64,000 bases of DNA from contig CAXXVK010000049.1 of NCBI GenBank assembly GCA_963676915.2, positions 1-64,000 of the forward strand, in the 5' to 3' direction. Positions 44,330 through 53,641 of the stretch are shown piece after piece. Numbering within the stretch: the first letter of the stretch is position 1; every line of letters begins with the position of its first letter. This DNA is from Myxococcota bacterium (GTDB lineage: Bacteria > Myxococcota_A > SURF-8 > G963663525). A program made the translations under genes and the position numbers. The notes under the pieces were generated by a model. That model did no database searches, was not told the origin of the DNA, and saw only the letters and a program-made list of their open reading frames with translations.

Positions 44330-46129
44330 CTACTGGTACATTCGGTCGATTTCATCCTCAAACTGTTCCATAACCACTTTGCGCTTGACCTTCATTGTCG
44401 GAGTCAGGGTGCCCGACTCGACGCTGAACGGCGTCGCGATCACGGTGAAGCGTTTGATCGTCTCGTAACTGGGAAGTTGCTTGTTGACGGTCAGAATGTC
44501 CTTCTCGATGGCTTCGACGATCTCCTGCTTGGCGGCGACATCTTCCGGTTTCAATCCCTGCCAACCCTTCTCCTCGACCATTTTCTTCATCCAGTCTTCA
44601 TTGGGCACGATCAGTGCCACACAATAGGGACGCCGATCCCCCACGACGCAGATCTGCTCGATGGTAGGCATGGATTTGGCAATATTTTCAACGTTTTGCG
44701 GAGCAATGTTCTTGCCGCCCGCCGTGACGATCAGATCCTTGATGCGGTCGGTGATTCGCAGATAGCCTTCCGAATCGACCTCTCCCACATCGCCGGTATG
44801 GAACCATCCGTCCGGATCGAGCGCTTCGGCCGTGGCCTCGGGTTTGTTGTAATAACCTTTCATCACGTTGGGACCGCGAACGAGGATCTCACCACTCTCC
44901 GCGATACGAACTTCCACACCCGGCAGTGGCTTACCGACCGTTCCGAACTTAAACTCCCGCTTGCGGTTGTTGGTCACCACAGGCGAGGTTTCGGTCAGAC
45001 CGTAGCCTTCGAGAATCAGAATCTTCGAGGCCAGCATAAACCGTCCGATATGTGCCGCCAACGGACCGCCACCGGACATCATCAGGCGCACGCTACCGCC
45101 CAAACCCTCGTAAATCTTTGAAAACAGCAGTTTGTAGGCAAGACGATACTTGGCTTCCAGCGCAATCGATGGAGTCTCGCCACGCTCCAGACACCCGACA
45201 TAGCGTTTTCCAACAGCTATCGCCCAATCGATGATGACCTTTTTAACAGGAGACGCCTCGTTGCGTATCTCTTTGATTCCATTGTAGATTTTTTCATAAA
45301 TACGCGGAACCGAGACCATCATCGTCGGCTTGACTTCCAAAAACGCCTGCTTGAGGTTTTTGATATCCTGCCAGATGTAAACCACGCCGTCACCATGATA
45401 AAACGCCGTGTAATACCCGATGGTGCGTTCCAGAACATGTGAAAGCGGCAAAAACGATAGCGCCCGCTGATGTCCCAACACGCTTTCCCGGTTGACCCGA
45501 TACGTGGTTTCCACATTGGAAATCAGGTTTCCGTGGCTCAGCATGACACCTTTCGGCGGTCCCGTCGTCCCGGACGTATAAATGATGGTGGCGAGGTCGT
45601 CGAGCGTTACTTCGGGCCAGGATCGGTCGAAAACCTCTTTGTCTTCAAAGGCTTCTCCAAGCTCCAATAGGCTGGCCCAGTCGAGGATATCTTCCGCTTT
45701 TTCGTGCTCGTCCAGTGTGTCGAAAACGACAATCGGCCCCAACGACTCCGCCGATTCCCGTGCTTCGATTGCTTTTTGCATCTGTGCTTTCGTCGAAACC
45801 AACAGCACGCTGGCACCGGAATCATTAAGAATATAAGCGACTTCCTCGGCTAGATTGTTGGGATAGATAGGAACATCCGCCGCTCCGAGTCCAAGAGTTG
45901 CGATATCCGTCATGTACCATTCCGGTCGATTTTCAGACAGCAGACCGACGCGATCCCCAGACTTTACGCCAAGGCTTGCCAATCCCAGAGCGGCTATACG
46001 TGTCTGACGAATGAACTCCCGGCTGCTCCAGGATTTCCACTCTCCGTCGAGCATCATTTTACAGAGCGGTTCGTCCGATTCACCGTTGATTCGATCCAAT
46101 AGCATAGCAGGAATGGACTGAAATCCCAT
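44330..46129 (-). CDS. Long-chain-fatty-acid--CoA ligase (AMP-dependent, FadD15-like)
   Basis: IIYTSGTTGPPKGVMLSH, FLPLSHVLER, EGYGLTET, GWFHTGDVG and DRIKDLIVTAGGKNIAP. GGAGG RBS before the ATG at 46129. Confidence 0.93.
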   Translation of the reverse strand: MGFQSIPAMLLDRINGESDEPLCKMMLDGEWKSWSSREFIRQTRIAALGLASLGVKSGDRVGLLSENRPEWYMTDIATLGLGAADVPIYPNNLAEEVAYILNDSGASVLLVSTKAQMQKAIEARESAESLGPIVVFDTLDEHEKAEDILDWASLLELGEAFEDKEVFDRSWPEVTLDDLATIIYTSGTTGPPKGVMLSHGNLISNVETTYRVNRESVLGHQRALSFLPLSHVLERTIGYYTAFYHGDGVVYIWQDIKNLKQAFLEVKPTMMVSVPRIYEKIYNGIKEIRNEASPVKKVIIDWAIAVGKRYVGCLERGETPSIALEAKYRLAYKLLFSKIYEGLGGSVRLMMSGGGPLAAHIGRFMLASKILILEGYGLTETSPVVTNNRKREFKFGTVGKPLPGVEVRIAESGEILVRGPNVMKGYYNKPEATAEALDPDGWFHTGDVGEVDSEGYLRITDRIKDLIVTAGGKNIAPQNVENIAKSMPTIEQICVVGDRRPYCVALIVPNEDWMKKMVEEKGWQGLKPEDVAAKQEIVEAIEKDILTVNKQLPSYETIKRFTVIATPFSVESGTLTPTMKVKRKVVMEQFEDEIDRMYQ

Positions 46130-46328
46130 CGTTTGACCTCCCCTTGGAGCCTGTATTTTTACGAATTGCGCTTTGGAGCGATATTCTATGCGTATTCGTT
46201 TCAAAATCGAAGGCTTTTTTTCTCTTCCCGAAGGATTCCTCTCAATTTTCGCGCCTTTCGGCCATTTCCTTGCAATCATCGGCCTTGTGGGCTATAGCAG
46301 CACTGTAAATTTATAGATCATTTTCGGC

Positions 46329-47045
46329 ATGGAATTCGAACTTTATCAGGATTGTAAAACATTGAAAAAAGCTGTCATTTTCATCGATGGGTCCATCCTG
46401 CATAACCAGCTTAAAGGTATTGGTCTTCAGGAAAGAGACATCTACTGGCAACAACTCTTCCAAAGCATCACTCCCGAGGACTGCGAACTCGTGCGAGCGT
46501 ACTGGTACCAGGTGGACCGGGTAGCTCCCGTCAAATGGTATCCCAACCAGTTCGTGCGCTACTGCCCGGAACACTTGAGTCCCGAGCAATTCGAGTTGCA
46601 ATGCAAATCCTGGTACGACGACGAATGCCGCCGCATCCGTGATATGCATGATTTCCTCTACAATGCGATTTGCCTGAACAACGACCAGATCGAGTTCCGG
46701 TACGTCGGATACCTCAAGGTCAATCCCTATCGAATGGAACGTCTGGGGGAATCCGGGTTGGATATCGGTCTTGTGGTCGATCTCGTCACCCTGACGGATA
46801 AATACGATACAGCAATCCTGCTTTCGGGTGACCCAGGGTACACCCCAGCGATTCAATACGTGAAAAATCAGCTTAAACAGATTCATTTCGTAATGATTCA
46901 TAAAGGCGAACCTGCCACCGGGGATCGGGGTGGTGCTCGTAACCTGCGGATTGTCGCCGATACGGTTGATCTGCTATTCGAATCGGAAATCAAAGATCCT
47001 GACAACGGATTTTTGCTGCATCCTTCTCGTGAGCCAATGGCGTAA
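46329..47045 (+). CDS. NYN/LabA-like PIN-domain protein
   Basis: VIFIDG, RAYWY, ESGLDIGLVVD, AILLSGD..Y.PA and LR.VAD. Confidence 0.85.
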   Translation: MEFELYQDCKTLKKAVIFIDGSILHNQLKGIGLQERDIYWQQLFQSITPEDCELVRAYWYQVDRVAPVKWYPNQFVRYCPEHLSPEQFELQCKSWYDDECRRIRDMHDFLYNAICLNNDQIEFRYVGYLKVNPYRMERLGESGLDIGLVVDLVTLTDKYDTAILLSGDPGYTPAIQYVKNQLKQIHFVMIHKGEPATGDRGGARNLRIVADTVDLLFESEIKDPDNGFLLHPSREPMA

Positions 47046-47271
47046 TAACCGGTGATCTTGAGAAGAATCTACAAGAAGCGCGTTCGAACTCGTCCAACAA
47101 GACGAGAAAAAAGACGATGAACACCTTTCGGGCAACACGAGATGACCTCCGAAGTAACATTGTCATTGATTCGAATTGAAAAAAGAGTAAACTTTTTGAC
47201 CGTTAAAAAGATTGGACCGTTGTTTTTTCTTGCATGGTCCCATTGATCTTCGAACCAAAACGAGGAAACCG

Positions 47272-49437
47272 ATGATTCATCAAGCCGAAACCTCCTCTCC
47301 CGTTCCCATTCCGTTTTTCTTGGCAATTCTGATTTTGTTACTAGCCGTCTTCGCCGTTTCCTGCCAGGAAACCGAAAAAACATCGTCCGAATCCGAAGTG
47401 GCGGTGATCGGCGATCCCGAACCCATCATCAACGGTCAAACGTCGCCGACGCTTTATACTGACATGCCCAACAGTGACCAAAATTCCGTGATGCGGCTGA
47501 TTTTCACGTCAGGAATGTCGCAAGGATCCTGTACTTGTACATTGATTTCCCCGAAAGTCGTCCTGACGGCTGCGCACTGTATTCACCAGGACAGCGGTAC
47601 CCCCGACGCCAGTCAGTTCGTCGTGCTCGTTGGTCCCAATTCCTATAACTACCTCGATTACCTCGAAGTCGAATCGGTACATTACAATTCGGATTGGGCA
47701 CCCAATACGTACGATCAGGAACGGCACGATGTCGGCATCGTGATTTTAAGCAACCGTTACTATGATACCGATCCGATTCCGATCAAAACGGGAGGCGTTT
47801 CAGCTCTCTGGTACCAAAACATCCAGGCCGTCGGTTATGGAATCACAACGAACAACGAGTCGAATCCCCTACGCTACTGGACGACACTGCCGGTCGAATA
47901 CGTCGGCAGCGGACAAATTACCGTCAATGGTCACGGATCGACTGGCATTTCCAGTGGAGATTCCGGTGGGCCGTTGCTGTACGACTTCGGTAACGGTATC
48001 CAGGTTGCCGGTGTAGCCAGCACATCCGCCGATGGCTTTGTATATGAAGGCAATTATGCCTCGGTCGCGACTAACGAAAGCTACATTCTTTCTTTTATCA
48101 ACCAGTATGACAACCCCACCTGTCTGGCCGCCTGTGAGAACGTAGATTGCGGAACTTACAACGGATGCGCCTGCGGTTCCTGCGATCGCGGGGAAGAATG
48201 TGTCGGCAATACCTGCGAACCGATGCAGGCAGGGGAGGGCGGTGTATGCACCTCGCTCAATCCGGGCAATGAATGTTCCACAGCTGCGGACTGCGAGGGC
48301 GAAAACGACATTTGTTTAGTATATAATAGCCGTTACAGCGAATGCGCCGAACGTTGTGGACCGGAATCCTGCTCGGATCGTGAAGACGACGCCTATTGTG
48401 CCCCTCTATCTTTGCAAGGTGGTGGTTATTTCAACATTTGCCTCGAAAATAACCCGGAAAGCTGTACGAACGAATATGAAAGCTGCACCACGACTTCGGG
48501 CCGTTCCGGTATCTGTATGCAACTTTACACCAACGGTCCCGTCGGTTGCTACATCCAATGCGAGACGGTAGAAACCTGCCCGGAAGGTACGGGTTGCCAA
48601 CCCTACGATACGCCCTCCTGCGAAGATATCTGTGCAGGAGCCGATTGCGGAGCACGACAAGGCTGCGACTGCGGCACCTGTGATGATGGCGAGGAATGCA
48701 TTCAGAACCGTTGCGGAGGAAACTATTCCTGCGAGGAAATTTGTGGTCGAGCGCAACTGGAATGTGGCGAGTATGGCGACTGCGACTGTGGTTCCTGTGA
48801 AAGTGGCGAAGTCTGTCAGGATTACAAATGCGTTGCAAGTGGCGTAGACTGTGAAGTGCTTTGCCAACGTTATGAATGCGGACCGGTCAGTTCCTGTGAT
48901 TGCGGCGACTGCTCCGAAGGCTATGCCTGTGAGGATAGTACCTGCGTCGAATGTACGGCTTCTTGCGATGGCAAAGAGTGTGGCGATAACGGGTGCGGCG
49001 GTGTTTGCGGAACCTGTGAAGAAGACGAGGAGTGCGTCGAAGGTCTATGCAAAAGCTGCGAGGAAGTCTGCAACGGGCTGGAATGCGGAGTATACGATGG
49101 CTGCAATTGCGGAACCTGCGAGGCTACACAGGACTGCGTAGCTGGTGCGTGTATCCAGGGCTGCGTTCCCTCCTGTTTCGGCAAACAATGTGGTGCCGAT
49201 GGTTGCGGTGGCACTTGCGGAACTTGTGCCATTGGACAAACTTGCAATGCCACCAACGGTACTTGTGAAACCCTGGTGGAAGACGGTGACGAGGACACTG
49301 GTGGCAACGACCAGTTCACGGTCGGAGCAACGTCCACCGGTTGCCGCATGAACGGTCCCGAAACTTCGGGATGGTCTCTTCTGTTGGGAATGGCGCTGCT
49401 GATGTTGGCTTTCCGCAGCAGAATGGCACTTCGGTAA
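47272..49437 (+). CDS. Trypsin-like (S1) serine protease with Cys-rich stalk and MYXO-CTERM-like tail
   Basis: Lipobox AVS-C, propeptide then IINGQ; catalytic triad TAAHC / HDVG / GDSGGP; seven Cys repeats; C-terminal GC...WSLLLGMALLMLAFRSR. Confidence 0.9.
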   Translation: MIHQAETSSPVPIPFFLAILILLLAVFAVSCQETEKTSSESEVAVIGDPEPIINGQTSPTLYTDMPNSDQNSVMRLIFTSGMSQGSCTCTLISPKVVLTAAHCIHQDSGTPDASQFVVLVGPNSYNYLDYLEVESVHYNSDWAPNTYDQERHDVGIVILSNRYYDTDPIPIKTGGVSALWYQNIQAVGYGITTNNESNPLRYWTTLPVEYVGSGQITVNGHGSTGISSGDSGGPLLYDFGNGIQVAGVASTSADGFVYEGNYASVATNESYILSFINQYDNPTCLAACENVDCGTYNGCACGSCDRGEECVGNTCEPMQAGEGGVCTSLNPGNECSTAADCEGENDICLVYNSRYSECAERCGPESCSDREDDAYCAPLSLQGGGYFNICLENNPESCTNEYESCTTTSGRSGICMQLYTNGPVGCYIQCETVETCPEGTGCQPYDTPSCEDICAGADCGARQGCDCGTCDDGEECIQNRCGGNYSCEEICGRAQLECGEYGDCDCGSCESGEVCQDYKCVASGVDCEVLCQRYECGPVSSCDCGDCSEGYACEDSTCVECTASCDGKECGDNGCGGVCGTCEEDEECVEGLCKSCEEVCNGLECGVYDGCNCGTCEATQDCVAGACIQGCVPSCFGKQCGADGCGGTCGTCAIGQTCNATNGTCETLVEDGDEDTGGNDQFTVGATSTGCRMNGPETSGWSLLLGMALLMLAFRSRMALR
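48121..49266 (+). repeat. Seven Cys-rich protein repeats C...C....CG...GC.CG.C....C....C
   Basis: Counted in the translation, e.g. CTASCDGKECGDNGCGGVCGTC and CVPSCFGKQCGADGCGGTCGTC. Confidence 0.8.
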
Positions 49438-49462
49438 CCCCCACAATACCAAGCAAATCTCT

Positions 49463-49493
49463 AGGCCGGACGTCCATGCGTCCGGCCTTTTTT
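49463..49493 (+). terminator. Intrinsic terminator of the protease gene
   Basis: AGGCCGGACG-TCCATG-CGTCCGGCCT followed by a T run. Confidence 0.85.
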
Positions 49494-49929
49494 GATGCAC
49501 CCAAGCAATTATTCACTCGAAAATTACTGTTATTTCGAGCCTCTTGCATACATCCCGAAGAAAAATTTTCGGGGTGCTATAGCCTCACGGATCGGAAGGT
49601 CCGGGAGACTGTGCAAATCATTGAAAACACAGCCTTCCACGCTTAGCGCGTAAGACTATGGCACACATGGGTTTTATAAAAACCATCAAAATCCTGATTT
49701 ATGCTAAAGCCACATTTCAACAATCTTTTGCAGGTGTCTTGTATAAAGTCACATCTTCGGGCTACAATCCAGCCGATCATGACCTTTTCGAAGGCACGAT
49801 CAAAACCAATCAGACGACCTTGAATCTTTTCCTTCGTTTTTTCATGGATCAGTTATAGAGTCTTGCGATAAAGCATGACCTCGTAACAGACTTTGGTATG
49901 CGATCTCACAAAAGAAAGGTAGGTGCTAC

Positions 49930-50919
49930 GTGAAAGCTCTCGTGACCGGTGCTGATGGATTGCTGGGAAGCCACCTCGTCCGAAAATTGTTGGCAAAGGA
50001 CATCGACGTTCGCGTGTTCATTCTTCCGGGAAGTAATTCACCTTCCCTGGATGGTCTCGACATCGAACGGATGGAAGGAGATCTTCTCGGCGAGGCCGAA
50101 GCCATCGACAAGGCCGTTTCGGGATGCGACTACATTTTCCATTGTGCAGCCATTACCGACTTCTGGGCGTCTGACGAAATCACCTGGAAAGTCAACCTCG
50201 ACGGCACGAAAAACCTACTGGACGCCGCCATAAAGCACGAGATCAAACGTTTCGTGTTCACGGGTTCGGCCAGCTCGTTCCAGTTCGGTCCACTGGCCTA
50301 TCCGACGGATGAAACCGCGCCTTTCTCCCCAGAATACAAAGGCGTTTCCTACATGGAATCGAAAAGCGCCGCCATGAAACTGGTCAACCAGTACGTCGCC
50401 GAAAAAGGATTGAGCGCCGTCACTATCTGCCCGACGTTCATGCTGGGCGAATACGACTGGCGACCCAGTTCCGGCGAATTGATCCGGCAGTTCATCAATC
50501 GGAAAATGCGGCTGGTATCTCCCGGTGGACGCTGTTTCGTGCTGGCCGCCGACGTTGCGGGAGCCATGGTATCCGGTCTTGAAAAAGGTGGAAACGGAGA
50601 AGTCTATATCGCGGGTGGAACCAACCTTACGTACATCGACTTTTTCACAAAAGTTGCTGAAATCGCAAAGGTTCCCAAGCCTATCGGTGTGCTGCCGGGT
50701 TGGCTTGTCAAAGCGGTTGGCGCGGGTGGATCGCTGTACGAAAAACTGACGGGTAACAAAGTGACGATCAATTACCACATCGCCCGGATGTCTACCATGG
50801 GAACGTATTACAGTTCGGCCAAAGCGGTTCGCGAACTGGACATGGAGCAAACGGATGTGGAAATCGGTATCGAAGGCACCTTGCGCAGCCTGAAGGAATA
50901 CGGACACATTCAGGGATAG
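49930..50919 (+). CDS. NAD-dependent epimerase/dehydratase (HpnA/dihydroflavonol-reductase-like extended SDR)
   Basis: VTGADGLLGS, FHCAA, VNLDGT and catalytic YMESK. Confidence 0.9.
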   Translation: MKALVTGADGLLGSHLVRKLLAKDIDVRVFILPGSNSPSLDGLDIERMEGDLLGEAEAIDKAVSGCDYIFHCAAITDFWASDEITWKVNLDGTKNLLDAAIKHEIKRFVFTGSASSFQFGPLAYPTDETAPFSPEYKGVSYMESKSAAMKLVNQYVAEKGLSAVTICPTFMLGEYDWRPSSGELIRQFINRKMRLVSPGGRCFVLAADVAGAMVSGLEKGGNGEVYIAGGTNLTYIDFFTKVAEIAKVPKPIGVLPGWLVKAVGAGGSLYEKLTGNKVTINYHIARMSTMGTYYSSAKAVRELDMEQTDVEIGIEGTLRSLKEYGHIQG

Positions 50920-50950
50920 TTTTTCATTCTCGACATTGTTTCTTTTCACG

Positions 50951-50990
50951 ACCCGGTTCGATCCACGATCCGGGTTGTTTATTTTTTCTT
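50951..50990 (+). terminator. Probable intrinsic terminator
   Basis: ACCCGG...CCGGGT stem followed by a T-rich tail. Confidence 0.5.
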
Positions 50991-51105
50991 CTTTCCCTTA
51001 CAATCCTTAAAAAATCCGAAAAAAGGTTTGAATTCAATTCGTTCGGGCGTAGACTACTACGAAATAGCGATAGAATTTGGCGACTCTCCGAAAGGTTGTC
51101 TTGTT

Positions 51106-51762
51106 ATGCGTGTTGGATTGCTGGGAACGTGCCTGGGGGGCGTTGCGCTGTCTCTGTTTCTGTGCCTACCGGTCTTGAGTGCACAACCGAAATTCAAAAA
51201 TAACAATCAGAAATTCAGACCGTTAACGCTTGCAGAGGAAAAGAAACTCGAACCTGTCAAACTTGGCCAACCTCCCGAACTTACAGAGAAAGAACAAAAA
51301 AGGATCGAGAAGGGAAGAATCGTTACGCACAAGATCGCGGAAAAAACCTTTCGTGCAATCGGAATTGTCAATGCGCCTCCTGCGAAACTTATGGCATTTA
51401 TGAAAGACTATCCCGCCCGTGCCGGGAAAATGCCCCACATCACGAAAATGAGAGCGATCTGGAATAAAAACATGGCCATTGTGGATCAAACGATGAAGGT
51501 AGCGCTAAGTACTTTCGAATACCGTCTCAGCTTTTTACATTATGGAAATTCCTATATCGAGTGGGAATACGTCGAAGGTGATGTCCGCGACACACACGGC
51601 TACTGGAAGTTTTTCCCACAGGACAATGGCAAAAAAACACTGGTCGTGCAACAGATCACCACGGACCCTGGCATTCCCATGCCGAAATCCATTTACACTC
51701 TGTTGACCAAGCACTCCCTGCCGAAAGCCATCAAAGCTTTGCGCAAAGCCGTGGTCAACTAG
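51106..51762 (+). CDS. Exported START/SRPBCC-superfamily protein
   Basis: Signal peptide; GIVNAPPAKL...DY, MPHI, WEYVEGD.RD.HGYW.F and TDPGIPMP. Confidence 0.75.
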   Translation: MRVGLLGTCLGGVALSLFLCLPVLSAQPKFKNNNQKFRPLTLAEEKKLEPVKLGQPPELTEKEQKRIEKGRIVTHKIAEKTFRAIGIVNAPPAKLMAFMKDYPARAGKMPHITKMRAIWNKNMAIVDQTMKVALSTFEYRLSFLHYGNSYIEWEYVEGDVRDTHGYWKFFPQDNGKKTLVVQQITTDPGIPMPKSIYTLLTKHSLPKAIKALRKAVVN

Positions 51763-51796
51763 GCGTAATCTTTAGAGAATTTTTTAAAAAATTCCG

Positions 51797-51837
51797 GAAA
51801 AAAAGAAATGCGGGCCGATAGCTGGATTCGGCCCGCA
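51797..51837 (-). terminator. Intrinsic terminator hairpin with its U-tract on the minus strand
   Basis: TGCGGGCCGA/TCGGCCCGCA 10-bp stem with an A-tract on its left side. Confidence 0.6.
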
Positions 51838-52187
51838 AGAGAAGAGGGATTGATTCCGCTGAAGGAATCACCACGCGGCCTGACACCTGGGAAGCTCGCG
51901 CAGGAAAAAGGAGGGGGAAGCCTGATTCGTTTCCCCAGGTCGAAACGATGCTCTATCTGACTATGCAAACATAAGGCCAAATGGAACTGGGTATGTCGGA
52001 ATGGCTCATTCGTGCATGATTTCTCCCAATTTCTTGGGGATTGGGACAATTGTATTTTTACGATTTAGCACAAAACGACGCAACAAGGGCTAGGTGATGC
52101 CAAAGATTTTCACGCCTATCGTTTGAAAGCCTGCGCCAATGGAGTACACTTGAGCTATGGAAATTGTCTTGAAACGGAGGGAAGACC

Positions 52188-52994
52188 ATGACGCAACTTC
52201 ATCTGCTTTCGGACCCGGATCAAACCGTTTATCATCTTGAATTATGTCGCAACCATCTGAACGGGGCCCATGCGGCGATTCTTCCCGGAGCGCCCGAACG
52301 AGCTGAATTAATTGCGGGATCGTTGGAGAATCCGCAAAAAGTTGCAAGTCATCGGGGTCTGGATAGCTGGACCTGTAAACTGGATGGACATCCGGTGCTT
52401 GTCACCAATACCGGCATGGGAGGTCCAAGCCTGGAAATCGTGCTTCAAGAGCTTATCCAACTGGGACTCGATACGTTTCTACGGATCGGAACTACAGGCT
52501 CGATTCAGGAAAACGTCCCTTTGGGTTCGCTGGTGATTTCAGAAGCCGCCATTCGTTTGGACGGCACCAGCGACCACTACGCCCCACCATGCTATCCAGC
52601 CGTAGCGGATCTGGACCTGACCATGGATCTCGTACACTCCTCGGAGGGCTTCAGCCGCCCTGTTGCTCGTGGTCTCACGGTTTCGGCGGCAAGTTTCTAC
52701 TCGGCCCAGGAACGCTACGATTCCGCCGCTGGGTACGTGATCCGAGCCAACCAAGGTTCCCTCAAAGAATGGCAGGCACTTGGCGCCATCAATTACGAAA
52801 TGGAAGCCGGAACGCTGTTTACGCTCTGCCGTACCATGGGTCTCAAAGCGGCGGCGATCTGCGCGGTGGTAGCCCATCGAACGCAGTCGGAAACCGTCGC
52901 CCGCGACATCATCCGGGACACCGAAAAAGCCTGTATTGAGGTCGGGCTGGCGGGGCTTTCACGCTATCTGAGCCGAAATTCTTCGCACAAATAA
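52188..52994 (+). CDS. udp: Uridine phosphorylase
   Basis: VYHL, LPG.PER, TGMGGPS, RIGTTGSIQ, SFY..QERY and NYEMEA.TL. Confidence 0.9.
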   Translation: MTQLHLLSDPDQTVYHLELCRNHLNGAHAAILPGAPERAELIAGSLENPQKVASHRGLDSWTCKLDGHPVLVTNTGMGGPSLEIVLQELIQLGLDTFLRIGTTGSIQENVPLGSLVISEAAIRLDGTSDHYAPPCYPAVADLDLTMDLVHSSEGFSRPVARGLTVSAASFYSAQERYDSAAGYVIRANQGSLKEWQALGAINYEMEAGTLFTLCRTMGLKAAAICAVVAHRTQSETVARDIIRDTEKACIEVGLAGLSRYLSRNSSHK

Positions 52995-53074
52995 GAAACG
53001 ACGTGGACTTTTTCTGCCGAATGCGCACAATAGAACCATAAGTTTGGAACACCTGCATCGAACGACGAAACGGC

Positions 53075-53566
53075 ATGGGCAAAAAAAATTCGAAAAAACA
53101 CAGCGATCCCCCAGGGATCAAAACCGTGGCCCGAAACCGGAAAGCCCGGCATTTTTACCACATCGAACAGAATTTCGAGGCGGGGGTGGTGTTGCAGGGA
53201 ACCGAAGTCAAAAGCCTGCGCGCCGGGCGCGTCAGCCTGGTCGATTCTTACGCCCGCATCAAAAAGGGTGAACTGTGGATGATCGGCGTCCATATCGACG
53301 AATACGAGCAAGGCAACCGCTGGAATCACGAACCCACGCGAGAACGCAAACTGCTGATGCACAGACAGGAAATCCGTCGTCTGGAGAAAAAAATCAACGA
53401 GCGTGGCTACACGCTGATCGTACTGTCGATTTATTTCAAACAGGGAAAAGCCAAGGTCGACATCGGTCTGGCGCGAGGAAAGAAGCTGTTCGATCGTCGT
53501 GAAGACATCAAAGAGCGCGATTCGAACCGCAACATTCAACGGCATCTGAAACGGGATTTTCAGTAA
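53075..53566 (+). CDS. smpB: SsrA-binding protein
   Basis: NRKARH.Y, EAGVVLQGTEVKSLR, NHEPTRERKLLMH and LARGKKLFDRRE. Confidence 0.98.
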   Translation: MGKKNSKKHSDPPGIKTVARNRKARHFYHIEQNFEAGVVLQGTEVKSLRAGRVSLVDSYARIKKGELWMIGVHIDEYEQGNRWNHEPTRERKLLMHRQEIRRLEKKINERGYTLIVLSIYFKQGKAKVDIGLARGKKLFDRREDIKERDSNRNIQRHLKRDFQ

Positions 53567-53641
53567 AACGAATCGTTTTCGATCGTTTTTGGGCAAGACT
53601 GTTTCATTTCGATCCCAAAACCTGGTTGGCTAGATGATTTC

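Noticed and set aside
52995-53640. tmRNA (ssrA) next to smpB
   Set aside because: No GGGGxxG...TTCGA 5' end or TCCACCA 3' end, and the flanking gaps are too short.
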